Shown here: positions 29,240-38,202 of the stretch, in pieces
Layout of the letters: each line of letters begins with the position of its first letter
How positions within the stretch are numbered: position 1 is the first letter of the stretch
Source of the DNA: an uncultured Lachnospiraceae bacterium
GTDB lineage: Bacteria; Bacillota; Clostridia; TANB77; CAG-508
DNA length: 64,000 nucleotides
Reading direction: 5' to 3'
Assembly: GCA_964470175.1 (NCBI GenBank)
Contig: CAYYBL010000002.1
Location: forward strand, 7,176-71,175
The notes under the pieces: generated by a model
Database searches by the model: none
Told to the model about the DNA's origin: nothing
The model's input: only the letters and a program-made list of their open reading frames with translations
Position numbers and translations under genes: made by a program

Positions 29240-30558
29240 GCGTTGTCCTTCCTATTTTTCTTTATAATTTCTATTGCCTCTTTTACAGAAACCATTTCTT
29301 GACTTCCCTCAGCCATATTTTTTAATGTAATTTTATTATTTTTTATTTCATCTTCGCCTATTACTGCGACATATTTTGCATTTATTTTATTTGCAAATTT
29401 AAACTTCTTCCCTAATTTTTGATTTTCCATATTTATTTGTACGTTAATACCTTCATTTCTAAGTTTTGAGGCAACATCTGCACACACTTCAAAGTTATCC
29501 ATAGAAATTACCACTACATCAACTAAAGACTCATTCTCAGCAGTAATAATATTATTATCTGTAAGTTGGAAAAACAATCTTGAAAGACCTATAGATATAC
29601 CAACACCTGGCATCTTTCTATCTGTATAGTATTCTGCAAGATTATCATATCTTCCTCCAGAACATACACTTCCAAGTTTTTTATACTTATTTAAAAATGT
29701 TTCATATACTGTACCTGTATAGTAATCAAGACCTCGTGCTATAGTTAAATCAATTTTATAATAACTACTTGGTACTCCAAAAATTTCAACAAATTTGTTC
29801 ACTTCTTTTAATTCTTCAATACCTTGAGTAAAAATTTCATTTTTTATTTTCATATCTTCTAGTAGTTTTATCTTCTTTTCGTTGTCACCATCTATATTTA
29901 AAAAGTCCATAATTGTCTTTACTTGTTTCTTATCTGCATATTCTAAAAGTTCACTTTCTACGGCTTTACTACCTATTTTTTCTATTTTATCAATAATTCT
30001 TAGTATGTCACCTGATTCATTTTCAAGTTTCAACTCTGAAAATAATCCGTTTAATATTTTTCGATTATTTATACAAATAGTAAAATCATCGAATCCAAGT
30101 TTTTTAAATGTTTCATATACTATAGCTGGTATTTCTGCATCATTTAAAATTGAAAGTTCTCCATTACCTATTATATCAACATCACATTGATAAAATTCTC
30201 TGTACCTACCTCTTTGAGCTTTTTCTCCTCTATATACTTTTCCAATCTGATATCTTTTAAAAGGAAAACTCAACTTATCATAATATTCTGTAACATATTT
30301 AGCAAGTGGCACAGTTAAATCAAATCTCAAAGCTAAATCATTTTCGCCTTTGCTAAACCTATATATTTGTTTTTCTGTTTCTCCACCTGCTTTTGCAAGT
30401 AATACATTTGCATCCTCAATTATCGGTGTATCCAATGGTAAAAATCCAAATTTTTCATAAGATTCCTGAATTGTTTTTCTCATTTTATTAAATAATACTT
30501 GTTCATTTGGTAATAATTCCATAAATCCTGGCAATGTTTTTGGTTCAACTTTATCCAT
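29236..30558 (-). CDS. hisS: histidine--tRNA ligase
   Basis: RFDLTVPLAKY, RYREFYQCDVDIIG and GGRYDNL are class-II HisRS motifs. A C-terminal anticodon-binding domain is present, so this is HisRS rather than HisZ. Confidence 0.8.
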   Translation of the reverse strand: MDKVEPKTLPGFMELLPNEQVLFNKMRKTIQESYEKFGFLPLDTPIIEDANVLLAKAGGETEKQIYRFSKGENDLALRFDLTVPLAKYVTEYYDKLSFPFKRYQIGKVYRGEKAQRGRYREFYQCDVDIIGNGELSILNDAEIPAIVYETFKKLGFDDFTICINNRKILNGLFSELKLENESGDILRIIDKIEKIGSKAVESELLEYADKKQVKTIMDFLNIDGDNEKKIKLLEDMKIKNEIFTQGIEELKEVNKFVEIFGVPSSYYKIDLTIARGLDYYTGTVYETFLNKYKKLGSVCSGGRYDNLAEYYTDRKMPGVGISIGLSRLFFQLTDNNIITAENESLVDVVVISMDNFEVCADVASKLRNEGINVQINMENQKLGKKFKFANKINAKYVAVIGEDEIKNNKITLKNMAEGSQEMVSVKEAIEIIKKNRKDNA

Positions 30559-30582
30559 AATAATTCCTCCTAATATTCTCCT

Positions 30583-31199
30583 CTAATATTTTTTCTTTTT
30601 ATTTCCTTGTTTTTCATGTCTTTCAATTAATTTTGATTCTACATCATCTAGGCTAACCCCTGATTTATACATTAAAACCAACATATGATAAACAAGATCA
30701 GATATTTCTCCTACAAGTTCTTCTTTATTTGGATTTTTAGCGGCGATTACATTTTCTGTTGCCTCTTCTCCCACTTTTTTACAAATTTTATCTATTCCTT
30801 CATCAAGTAAATAATTTGTATATGAATTTTCTACTGGATTTTTCTCTCTATTCTGAATTTGATCGTATATTTCTTCAATTATTTGTATTTTATCATTAAA
30901 ATTTTCAAATGGTACTATTTCGTAAAAAAACATGAATAATTCCCTGTATGACATGCCCCTGTTCCATTTTGATTAACATATATAAGAAGAGTATCATTAT
31001 CACAATCCAAATACAATCCTTTTATTATTTGAAAGTTACCGGATGATTTCCCCTTATGCCAAAGTTCTTTTCTACTTCTAGAATAAAAACATGTCTCACC
31101 CTTTTCCAACATATAATTGTATCTTTCTTCGTTAACATATGCAAGCATCAATACTTCCTTTGTCTTATAATCCTGAACAATAGCAGGTAAATGATACAT
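30583..31199 (-). pseudogene. hisIE: hisIE (phosphoribosyl-AMP cyclohydrolase / phosphoribosyl-ATP pyrophosphatase) split by a frameshift at an A7/T7 homopolymer
   Basis: The hisI ORF (30915..31199) ends ...ACHTGNYSCFFTK*. The hisE ORF (30583..30954, NSYTNYLLDEGIDKICKKVGEEATE) is in the -1 frame and overlaps it by 40 nt. One extra T in TGTTTTTTTACG (plus A7 at ~30924-30930) would give a continuous HisIE with linker ...SCFFYEIVPFENF.... Confidence 0.6.
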
Positions 31200-31239
31200 C
31201 TCTTTCTCCCTTTCAGATAATTAAGCACGTACACATATA

Positions 31240-31480
31240 ATTAAAGCTCCTTGTCCAGATAGATCTTAAAATCCTTCTCGGATCTATTGGGATCAAGGTG
31301 TTCCATTGTATCAATGCTATTCACACCTTCCAGCAGCTTAAATCCGAGTTTGATAACAATTCCATACGACATGGATTTTCCAACCTCAAGCGTCTTCATG
31401 TACACTCTTTTGTAGCCATCCTTCTTGGGAACATATTGATTTCTTTTGGCTTTATTTCTTTAATTTTCCGTGCATTCATA
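31240..31480 (-). other. GC-elevated stretch with two short overlapping minus-strand ORFs (27 aa + 52 aa, TGA/ATG overlap); possible gene remnant
   Basis: Minus-strand peptides MNARKIKEIKPKEINMFPRRMATKECT and MKTLEVGKSMSYGIVIKLGFKLLEGVNSIDTMEHLDPNRSEKDFKIYLDKEL. No T-box or terminator signature found. Contains the imperfect hairpin CCAATAGATC..GATCTATCTGG. Confidence 0.3.
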
Positions 31481-31483
31481 TCC

Positions 31484-32356
31484 TTAGTCCTCCTCCAATT
31501 CAAAAGTATAGAGTTTACCATCCGTCTCAACATCTCCTACAATAGTTGCTTTCTCAAAAACACCTTCTTTGTAAACAATGCTTGCTGTGATAATAAGCCC
31601 TGAAGGCTGAACCACATCAAGATTCAAACTTGTATTTTTCATAAAAGCATAAACCATTGCAGTAGCTGTAGTTCCAGAGCCACAAGCAGTTTCATAAAAG
31701 AGAGTATCAATAGCATTAACCCATACAATAGGATTAATTTTGATAGCATCTCCCTTATTTTCGCAGAACATCACGCCAACTGCCTCATTTTCCTCGAGAT
31801 GATATTTATGGATAAAACTTGTTCCATATGCTTTAAGCTGCTCATCATCTACGTTTGTGAGATATTTCCCTGCTGCAGAGGGCTGGATCACAACGGTAAC
31901 CATTCCATGCATCTTCGCAAGGAAAATGCCGTCTTCTTTTTTTGTTATTACGTCTGGTCCATAATAAAGTGGAATTTCACACCATGCTTTACCATCCCTG
32001 TCAACTCCAGTATTCACATGATCCTTAGAATTGACAATCATTTCAATTTTTCCCTGTTTACCCTTAAGGTAAACACTTGCTGCACTTCGAGTTGCGTTTC
32101 CACAGAATTCTCCTCCAGCCATCTGCAATTCAGGTGAAGATGCACAGCTGATGAATCCAACCTGTTCAACAACAAATCCTGAAGAATTTCCTGTAGAATG
32201 TCGTGCCATAATGATATCATTGATTCTTTTTTTCTCTCTGGCATCATAATCTGTGCCATAGACTAGTGCTGTATCATTACCAGCAGGTTTAAAAAGGCCA
32301 TATTTAATTGTACGCGATGTTTTCTGCTTCATTTTTATAGTAATCTCCTCCTTCAA
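31484..32356 (-). CDS. diaminopimelate-epimerase-fold (DapF/CntK-like) amino-acid racemase/epimerase family protein
   Basis: Both catalytic-Cys motifs of the DapF fold are present (FCGNATRSAAS and ACGSGTTATA). N-terminus resembles the DapF hGLGNDF block. GC above background. Confidence 0.6.
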   Translation of the reverse strand: MKEEITIKMKQKTSRTIKYGLFKPAGNDTALVYGTDYDAREKKRINDIIMARHSTGNSSGFVVEQVGFISCASSPELQMAGGEFCGNATRSAASVYLKGKQGKIEMIVNSKDHVNTGVDRDGKAWCEIPLYYGPDVITKKEDGIFLAKMHGMVTVVIQPSAAGKYLTNVDDEQLKAYGTSFIHKYHLEENEAVGVMFCENKGDAIKINPIVWVNAIDTLFYETACGSGTTATAMVYAFMKNTSLNLDVVQPSGLIITASIVYKEGVFEKATIVGDVETDGKLYTFELEED

Positions 32357-32444
32357 TCATTCTAATATCTTCTACATTCTTTGCTATGACGCTATTGCTT
32401 TCATTTGATAATCTAAATTTGTATAAATCTATAATATCTCCAAA

Positions 32445-32492
32445 AAAAGCTATATAGGTAAGTAATACTTTTATTATTTACCTATATAGCTT
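32445..32492. repeat. long hairpin GCTATATAGGTAAGTAATA-ctttt-TATTATTTACCTATATAGC
   Basis: ~19-bp stem with one mismatch, A-run 5' and T's 3' on the minus strand; probable terminator for the 32806.. membrane gene. Confidence 0.5.
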
Positions 32493-32805
32493 CTAAAAAC
32501 TTTATATATAGGCACACCAACCAACTCGTGCCTAAACAGACACAAGCTTAAAAATGATGATGTACTTCAAATATAAAATCTAAATTTTTCATTTTTCCCT
32601 CACTCGTTTGTACAATAATACATTATTTTTATTCGTTTGTCAACATAAAAAATGTCCCCTTTAGATTTTCAAACTGTCTTCCCATAATGAGTTCCTTTCC
32701 CTTGAAAACCTAAGATGTACAGCGAGTTCCTACTTCTTTCTACCGGTTACGCCACAATTATACTTTGTTTTTAAGGATTTGTCAATTGTTTACATAATTC
32801 AAATA

Positions 32806-34215
32806 CTACTTTTTCAAAATAACTGCTCTAAAATTATAACTTAAAACATCATGGCTAAAAATATCATATTCTACTGACATATATTCAAAAACTATCTTTG
32901 TGCTATCATCAAGAACATACTCCTTATGATCATTAAAATAACTATTTGTAGAATTTCCAGCTATATCAATATTTATAATATCTTCAACATATTTAGATAG
33001 ATCAGCTTTATACTCAAATTGATATTTATTATCTTCGTCATAGTATGATTTTGTAGTAAATAAAACTTCCCTTAAATCTAATGCTTCTTCTTCATCTGAA
33101 ATTGGAATATCATATCTACTTGGAGTACTAACCATATACATTTGCTTATATCCATCTATATATATGGATTTTATTTCACTTGATACATATATATTATTAG
33201 TTGTTGAAATGTTTTTATTATCTGTTTTCTTTAATTTTTTTAAATCTTCTTGATTTAGTTTTTCACTTATAAGTCTTTTTCCATAATTATCATCATGAGA
33301 AAAATACTCATATGCTCCTATTGCCTTAGATATTTCTTTATCAGAAGCATTTGGATTTTTTATCATCATAAGAATCTTTTCTTGACTATTTCTTGATGCA
33401 GATATTACATTTATTTTTGGAAAAACAGTACATATACAAATTAATGCAAAAACTACAAGCATTGTATATTCTATCTTATTTCTTTTTAAAACATATATTA
33501 AAAAATAACATACTTCAAGTATTATTAATACAATACACATATACCTTGAAGGAGTGATTCCATATGCACTTATCCTTACACCTATACAGTATATTTGTAG
33601 AAAGATAAACGGCATAAAGAAAATAGGAAGATAGTCACAGACTTTTCCATATAGATCTTTATCTTTAAATGACTGTATCATTGTCCAAATTGGAAGGCCC
33701 AAGACAAATAATCCTGCTATTATTCTAAATACTACATTTTTAGGCATATCTCTCAAAACAGCAATCTTAATAATATAAGCATATATTATCAAAAAAGCAG
33801 CCATTACCAAACTTCCCAAAACATATTTGATTACAACCTTTGAAAACTTACCAATCTCAATTTCATTATCACAAAATGCATATAATAGTCTTGGTACATA
33901 AAACATACCATACAATAGCATTTCAATCCTAAAAATTAAATCATAATCCTTCTTAGGAAGCAATAGTACAATGAATGCAAGACTTATAAGAAGTAATCCA
34001 ATTGCAAGAAGACCATATATAATGGACGTCTTAAACATACTTACAACCACTTGTATACTATATTCTTCAAAATTCTTTTCTGCTTTTTTAAAATTTTTGT
34101 AAACACCTAATATACCTACAAAAGACATGTAAACTATTGATATTCTATAAAACCATTCTGTAAGAAGATAAGACCCATCATCAGAAAAAAAAGTTGTATG
34201 TTCAAAGAACTTCAT
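32806..34215 (-). CDS. hypothetical polytopic membrane protein with C-terminal soluble domain
   Basis: 469 aa with ~8 hydrophobic helices, then a ~180-aa hydrophilic C-terminal region. RBS-like TATAGGA upstream of the ATG. Confidence 0.45.
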   Translation of the reverse strand: MKFFEHTTFFSDDGSYLLTEWFYRISIVYMSFVGILGVYKNFKKAEKNFEEYSIQVVVSMFKTSIIYGLLAIGLLLISLAFIVLLLPKKDYDLIFRIEMLLYGMFYVPRLLYAFCDNEIEIGKFSKVVIKYVLGSLVMAAFLIIYAYIIKIAVLRDMPKNVVFRIIAGLFVLGLPIWTMIQSFKDKDLYGKVCDYLPIFFMPFIFLQIYCIGVRISAYGITPSRYMCIVLIILEVCYFLIYVLKRNKIEYTMLVVFALICICTVFPKINVISASRNSQEKILMMIKNPNASDKEISKAIGAYEYFSHDDNYGKRLISEKLNQEDLKKLKKTDNKNISTTNNIYVSSEIKSIYIDGYKQMYMVSTPSRYDIPISDEEEALDLREVLFTTKSYYDEDNKYQFEYKADLSKYVEDIINIDIAGNSTNSYFNDHKEYVLDDSTKIVFEYMSVEYDIFSHDVLSYNFRAVILKK

Positions 34216-34504
34216 AAAAAGAAATCCTATAAAGCATCCGAACGATATAACCTATAGTTGCTTTTCTTTTATTATTTTTGAAATCAAAGAATGATTCAAC
34301 TAAAAAGCAAAAACCTCCAAATGTTACGCAAAAAATTACTACTCTTTCTATTAAATCTTCTGGTACTTTGCTATCCATAACAATAGTTAGAAAAATAGTA
34401 AGCGCATCTATTACAATCATTGTAATAGGAAAATTATTAAATATTTTTTTAAATAACAAAATAAAATTTTTAAATTTGTTTTGTTTTACTGCTTTTTCTT
34501 CCAT
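34202..34504 (-). CDS. hypothetical small membrane protein (100 aa) overlapping the downstream gene by 14 nt
   Basis: 2-3 predicted TM helices. Its stop lies 11 nt inside the next ORF, so this is either translational coupling or a frameshifted single gene. Confidence 0.35.
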   Translation of the reverse strand: MEEKAVKQNKFKNFILLFKKIFNNFPITMIVIDALTIFLTIVMDSKVPEDLIERVVIFCVTFGGFCFLVESFFDFKNNKRKATIGYIVRMLYRISFYEVL

Positions 34505-34534
34505 ACATTTTCTCCCACTTAACCAAGAAAACTT

Positions 34535-35980
34535 TTATATCACCATAAAACTTCCAAACAAAGAGTTTTCAATATTGCCTAAAATTTCAGTACTTTCTCC
34601 AACAACAATTACTCTATCGCCTTTTGAAAGTATTCCTTTTTCTTCAAGCTTAGCCACTGCTTCATTAATCATTGCATTTATGCCACCTTCGCTATTTACA
34701 AATATCGGTGTAACATTTTGTACAATTGCCAATTTATAATATGTCTTTATATTGTCTGTAATTGCGAAAATAGGACATTTTATTCTAAAACCTGAAAACA
34801 CATTTGCCGTATATCCAGAATATGTATATGCAAGTATACAATCCGCCTCCATATCCTTTGCAGTAATACAGTTGCTATAACAAATATTTGCTCTTACATT
34901 ATCCTTTCCATACATAAATCTGTGACTTTCAAATCTTCCCCAATATTTCAAATTTGATTCAATAGCTTTTGAAATTCTATCCATTGTTTTTACACATTCC
35001 ACTGGATACTTTCCTGCAGCTGTTTCCCCAGAAAGCATCATGCATCCTGTTTGATCATACACAGAGTTTGCTGCATCAGATACTTCAGCTCTTGTAGGAC
35101 ATGGATTTGTAATCATTGTCTCAAGCATTTGAGTTGCAGTAATTACTGGTTTTCCTACTTCATTACATCTCTTTATAAATTGTTTTTGTACTATAGGAAC
35201 TCGTTCCATAGGAATTTCTACACCCATGTCTCCACGTGCAATCATTATTCCATCAGATACTTCCAATATACTTTCAAAATTATCTATACCTTCTTGGCTT
35301 TCTATCTTTGAAATAATTCCTATTTCTTTTCCATTATTTTCTTCTAAAACACGTCTTATCTGATATACATCATCTGCTCTTCTTACAAATGATGCAAAAA
35401 TCAAATCAATACCAGCTCTTATACCAGCTATAATATCATCTGTATCTTTTTGTGAAAGAGCAGGAAGATCAAGATGTACTCCTGGAACATTTACATTTTT
35501 ATGAGATCCAAGTACACAATCATTTGCAACTCTTGTTTTTATATCTTGCCCAACAATTTCTTCAACATCAAATTCCAAAAGTCCATCTGCTACAAGTATT
35601 CTATCTCCTGGTTTTACATCTCTATACATATTTTTATAGCTTATGCTTGTTTCATATTCATTTCCAGAGACTTCATCATATTTAAACCAAAATTCTTGAC
35701 CTGCCTTTAATTCAACTTTTTCAACCTCAGAACCTCTTATAAGTCCCGTTCTTATTTCTGGTCCTTTTGTATCAAGTGCAAGTGCAAGTGGAACGTCCAA
35801 CTCTTCTCTTATTGCAAGTACGTTCTCTATTTTTTCTCTATTTTCTTCGTATCCACCATGTGAAAAATTTATTCTAGCACAATTCATACCTGCTTCTACA
35901 AGTTTTTTTAGCATATCTTTGCTTTCAGTCGCAGGTCCTATAGTACATATTATTTTTGTTTTTCTTAAATCTTTTACCAT
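34535..35980 (-). CDS. pyk: pyruvate kinase
   Basis: N-terminus KTKIICTIGPATESKDMLKKLVEAGMNCARINFSHG and 481 aa. Confidence 0.9.
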   Translation of the reverse strand: MVKDLRKTKIICTIGPATESKDMLKKLVEAGMNCARINFSHGGYEENREKIENVLAIREELDVPLALALDTKGPEIRTGLIRGSEVEKVELKAGQEFWFKYDEVSGNEYETSISYKNMYRDVKPGDRILVADGLLEFDVEEIVGQDIKTRVANDCVLGSHKNVNVPGVHLDLPALSQKDTDDIIAGIRAGIDLIFASFVRRADDVYQIRRVLEENNGKEIGIISKIESQEGIDNFESILEVSDGIMIARGDMGVEIPMERVPIVQKQFIKRCNEVGKPVITATQMLETMITNPCPTRAEVSDAANSVYDQTGCMMLSGETAAGKYPVECVKTMDRISKAIESNLKYWGRFESHRFMYGKDNVRANICYSNCITAKDMEADCILAYTYSGYTANVFSGFRIKCPIFAITDNIKTYYKLAIVQNVTPIFVNSEGGINAMINEAVAKLEEKGILSKGDRVIVVGESTEILGNIENSLFGSFMVI

Positions 35981-36042
35981 AAAATACGTTCTCTCCCTAT
36001 AAAATATAATTTTATAATAACACTAAGAAAAATCTTAATCAA

Positions 36043-36075
36043 TAAAAAGGGAGTAAATAATTTTACTCCCTTCTA
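36043..36075 (-). terminator. Rho-independent terminator of dfx (GGGAGTAAA/TTTACTCCC)
   Basis: 9-bp stem with A-run on plus (U-run on minus) downstream of the 36104 stop. Confidence 0.55.
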
Positions 36076-36103
36076 ACTTTGTTTTGGTATATTTGATATA
36101 TCA

Positions 36104-36478
36104 TTATTCTACTTCTTTTGTCCAAAGTAAGTGCTTATTACAATATGCATATAGTGTTGATCCTTTTACATACTTAAATGTTGCTTCAGGACTTTCTCCT
36201 GGCTTAAAAAATACTTTACCTATTCTATTATCGTATGAAATACCAAGCCACTCAATATAATGATCTTCATCCATCACATGATTCACTCTTGCTAATATTT
36301 CATCTCCTTTAACTTCATATGTTGGTACATGCTTTTCTACAGCTGCATCTACTGTATTAGGTATAATTTCTTTCATTTCTTCTCCGCAACATTGAATTCC
36401 ACATGGGCATTTGCAATCATCTAATACTTCTACAACTGCTCCACATTTTTGACATCTTTTTAATAATAATTCTTTCAT
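36104..36478 (-). CDS. dfx: desulfoferrodoxin (2Fe superoxide reductase)
   Basis: N-terminal desulforedoxin-like CxxC...CC centre (CQKCGAVVEVLDDCKCPCGIQCCG) plus a C-terminal neelaredoxin-like domain with His ligands; 124 aa. Confidence 0.8.
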   Translation of the reverse strand: MKELLLKRCQKCGAVVEVLDDCKCPCGIQCCGEEMKEIIPNTVDAAVEKHVPTYEVKGDEILARVNHVMDEDHYIEWLGISYDNRIGKVFFKPGESPEATFKYVKGSTLYAYCNKHLLWTKEVE

Positions 36479-36505
36479 ATATTTCCTCCCTTTCTTAATA
36501 TAATT

Positions 36506-38008
36506 CTACAATAATGGTGATATAAGTCTAAGAAGTGCATCAATAAACCTTTGCATAATTTTCCTCTTTTCTATCTTGTCTACCTTAGTACATTTTTTTA
36601 ATGTACTTAAATAATCTGTTTTTAAATCCTTTATTACATCTGATTCATAAAAAATCGAATTATTCTCAAAATGTAAAAATAAACTTCTGTAGTCCAAGTT
36701 AACCGTACCTATTGTACAAATCTTATCATCTGTAATAGTTGCCTTTGCATGAACAAAACCTGGAGTATATTCGTATATCTTTACCCCGGCATCCATCAAT
36801 TCCTTATAATAACTTTTTCCAAGTCTAAATATTATTTTTTTATCTGGTATTCCAGGCATAATGATTCTTACATCCACACCTCTTCTTGCTGTCCTTTTAA
36901 GTGCTTTGAAAAGATCATCTCCTAAAATCAAATATGGAGTGTAAAAATACATATAATCCATAGAAGATTCTAAAAGCTCTATATAAAAATTATTACTAAA
37001 ACTCTCTGTATTGCTTGGAGAGTCATAATAAGAAAGTACATACCCATTATTTGTTTGATTTTTTACTAGATTCTTTCTTACGCTATCTATCTTATCTTTA
37101 GAAAAAGCATTCCAAAATTCTACAAACATGTATGTATAATTCTCTACAGGCTCCCCTGTAAGCTTAAATCCGATGTCTTTCCAATGTCCGTATTTATCAT
37201 ATTCATTGATATACTCATCTGCTATATTAATACCACCAGAAAAAACAACTCTATTGTCTATAACCATCATCTTTCGATGGTCTCTATTATTAAGTGAACC
37301 TGTAATAAACATCAATCTATTAAATGCTATACATTTTATTCCAAATTTTCTAATTTTCTTTATATCCTTAAGTCCATAAGTAGTAATTGAACCAATGTCA
37401 TCGTACATCACTCTAACATCAACTCCACTACTTGCCTTTTCTTTAAGTATTTCTGTAATATCATCCCAAAATTTACCATTAGCGATAATAAAATACTCTA
37501 GATATATAAATTTCTCGGCCTTCCTTAATTCTTCCTTCATATCTTCTAGCATCATATCGCCCAAAGGATAATACTTTATATTTTCAATTCTTTTTATCGG
37601 AAACTTTGACCAGTTACTTGTATTATTTAATATTTGGAAATATCTTTTTTCACCTTGTTTTAATTCATTTACTATAGATTCGTCTGTCTTGTGATTAAAA
37701 ACTATTTCTTTACTTGATTTATCTATGCTCTTTTTTATGGGTCTTACTGTCCTTTTATTTCCAAGTGTCATATATGCCCAAGTGCCAATCACAGGAAGTA
37801 GTGCAATTACAATAAGCCAAAAAACCTTGTATGTAGGTTCATCACTTCTTACTACAATGTTTAGTACAAATGTCACGGAAAGTACACCAAATATAACTCC
37901 AATAGCGACAGCATGATTTGCATAAAAAGTCATCGTTATAAAAAACCATAATACCTGTAACAGAATAGCAGGCATTATTACAATAATTCTTGCAATAATT
38001 CTTTTCAA
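36506..38008 (-). CDS. cls: cardiolipin synthase
   Basis: Two PLD HKD motifs (HRKMMVIDNRVVFSGGINIADEY and HAKATITDDKICTIGTVNLDYRS) and N-terminal TM helices; 500 aa. Confidence 0.85.
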   Translation of the reverse strand: MKRIIARIIVIMPAILLQVLWFFITMTFYANHAVAIGVIFGVLSVTFVLNIVVRSDEPTYKVFWLIVIALLPVIGTWAYMTLGNKRTVRPIKKSIDKSSKEIVFNHKTDESIVNELKQGEKRYFQILNNTSNWSKFPIKRIENIKYYPLGDMMLEDMKEELRKAEKFIYLEYFIIANGKFWDDITEILKEKASSGVDVRVMYDDIGSITTYGLKDIKKIRKFGIKCIAFNRLMFITGSLNNRDHRKMMVIDNRVVFSGGINIADEYINEYDKYGHWKDIGFKLTGEPVENYTYMFVEFWNAFSKDKIDSVRKNLVKNQTNNGYVLSYYDSPSNTESFSNNFYIELLESSMDYMYFYTPYLILGDDLFKALKRTARRGVDVRIIMPGIPDKKIIFRLGKSYYKELMDAGVKIYEYTPGFVHAKATITDDKICTIGTVNLDYRSLFLHFENNSIFYESDVIKDLKTDYLSTLKKCTKVDKIEKRKIMQRFIDALLRLISPLL

Positions 38009-38052
38009 ATATACTTCCCCTTACTCAATAAAATATCTACGTTTTAAGGAAC

Positions 38053-38202
38053 AAAAGGGGACATTATGTAGTACTGAATATCATTTACTTATGTCAAATG
38101 TCCCCATCTTTGTTCTTTGCGCCAAATTTACGAAATAAATTTGTGTGCAATTTTGCCGAAGGCTTTGTATTACAGGAATTTCGCAGATAATTCCTATAAT
38201 AC
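38053..38202. repeat. intergenic repeat element copy 2 (same family as 3349-3490)
   Basis: AAAAGGGGACATTATG..TGTCAAATGTCCCC..TTGTTCTTTGCGCCAAATTTACG..AATTTGTGTGCAAT..GCCGAA..AGGAATT..AATTCCTATAAT. The right end overlaps the rfbG stop codon. The first hairpin is a terminator on the minus strand (CCCCTTTTGTTCC). Confidence 0.6.

Noticed and set aside
29236-30558. HisZ (ATP-PRT regulatory subunit) instead of HisRS
   Set aside because: The protein retains a C-terminal anticodon-binding domain and the GGRYDNL motif, so it is a genuine HisRS.
31240-31480. T-box or attenuator leader for hisIE, or a fragment of an upstream his gene (hisF/hisG)
   Set aside because: No T-box sequence, no terminator directly before the hisI RBS, and the encoded peptides do not resemble HisF/HisG C-termini. 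Left as an unexplained GC-rich remnant.
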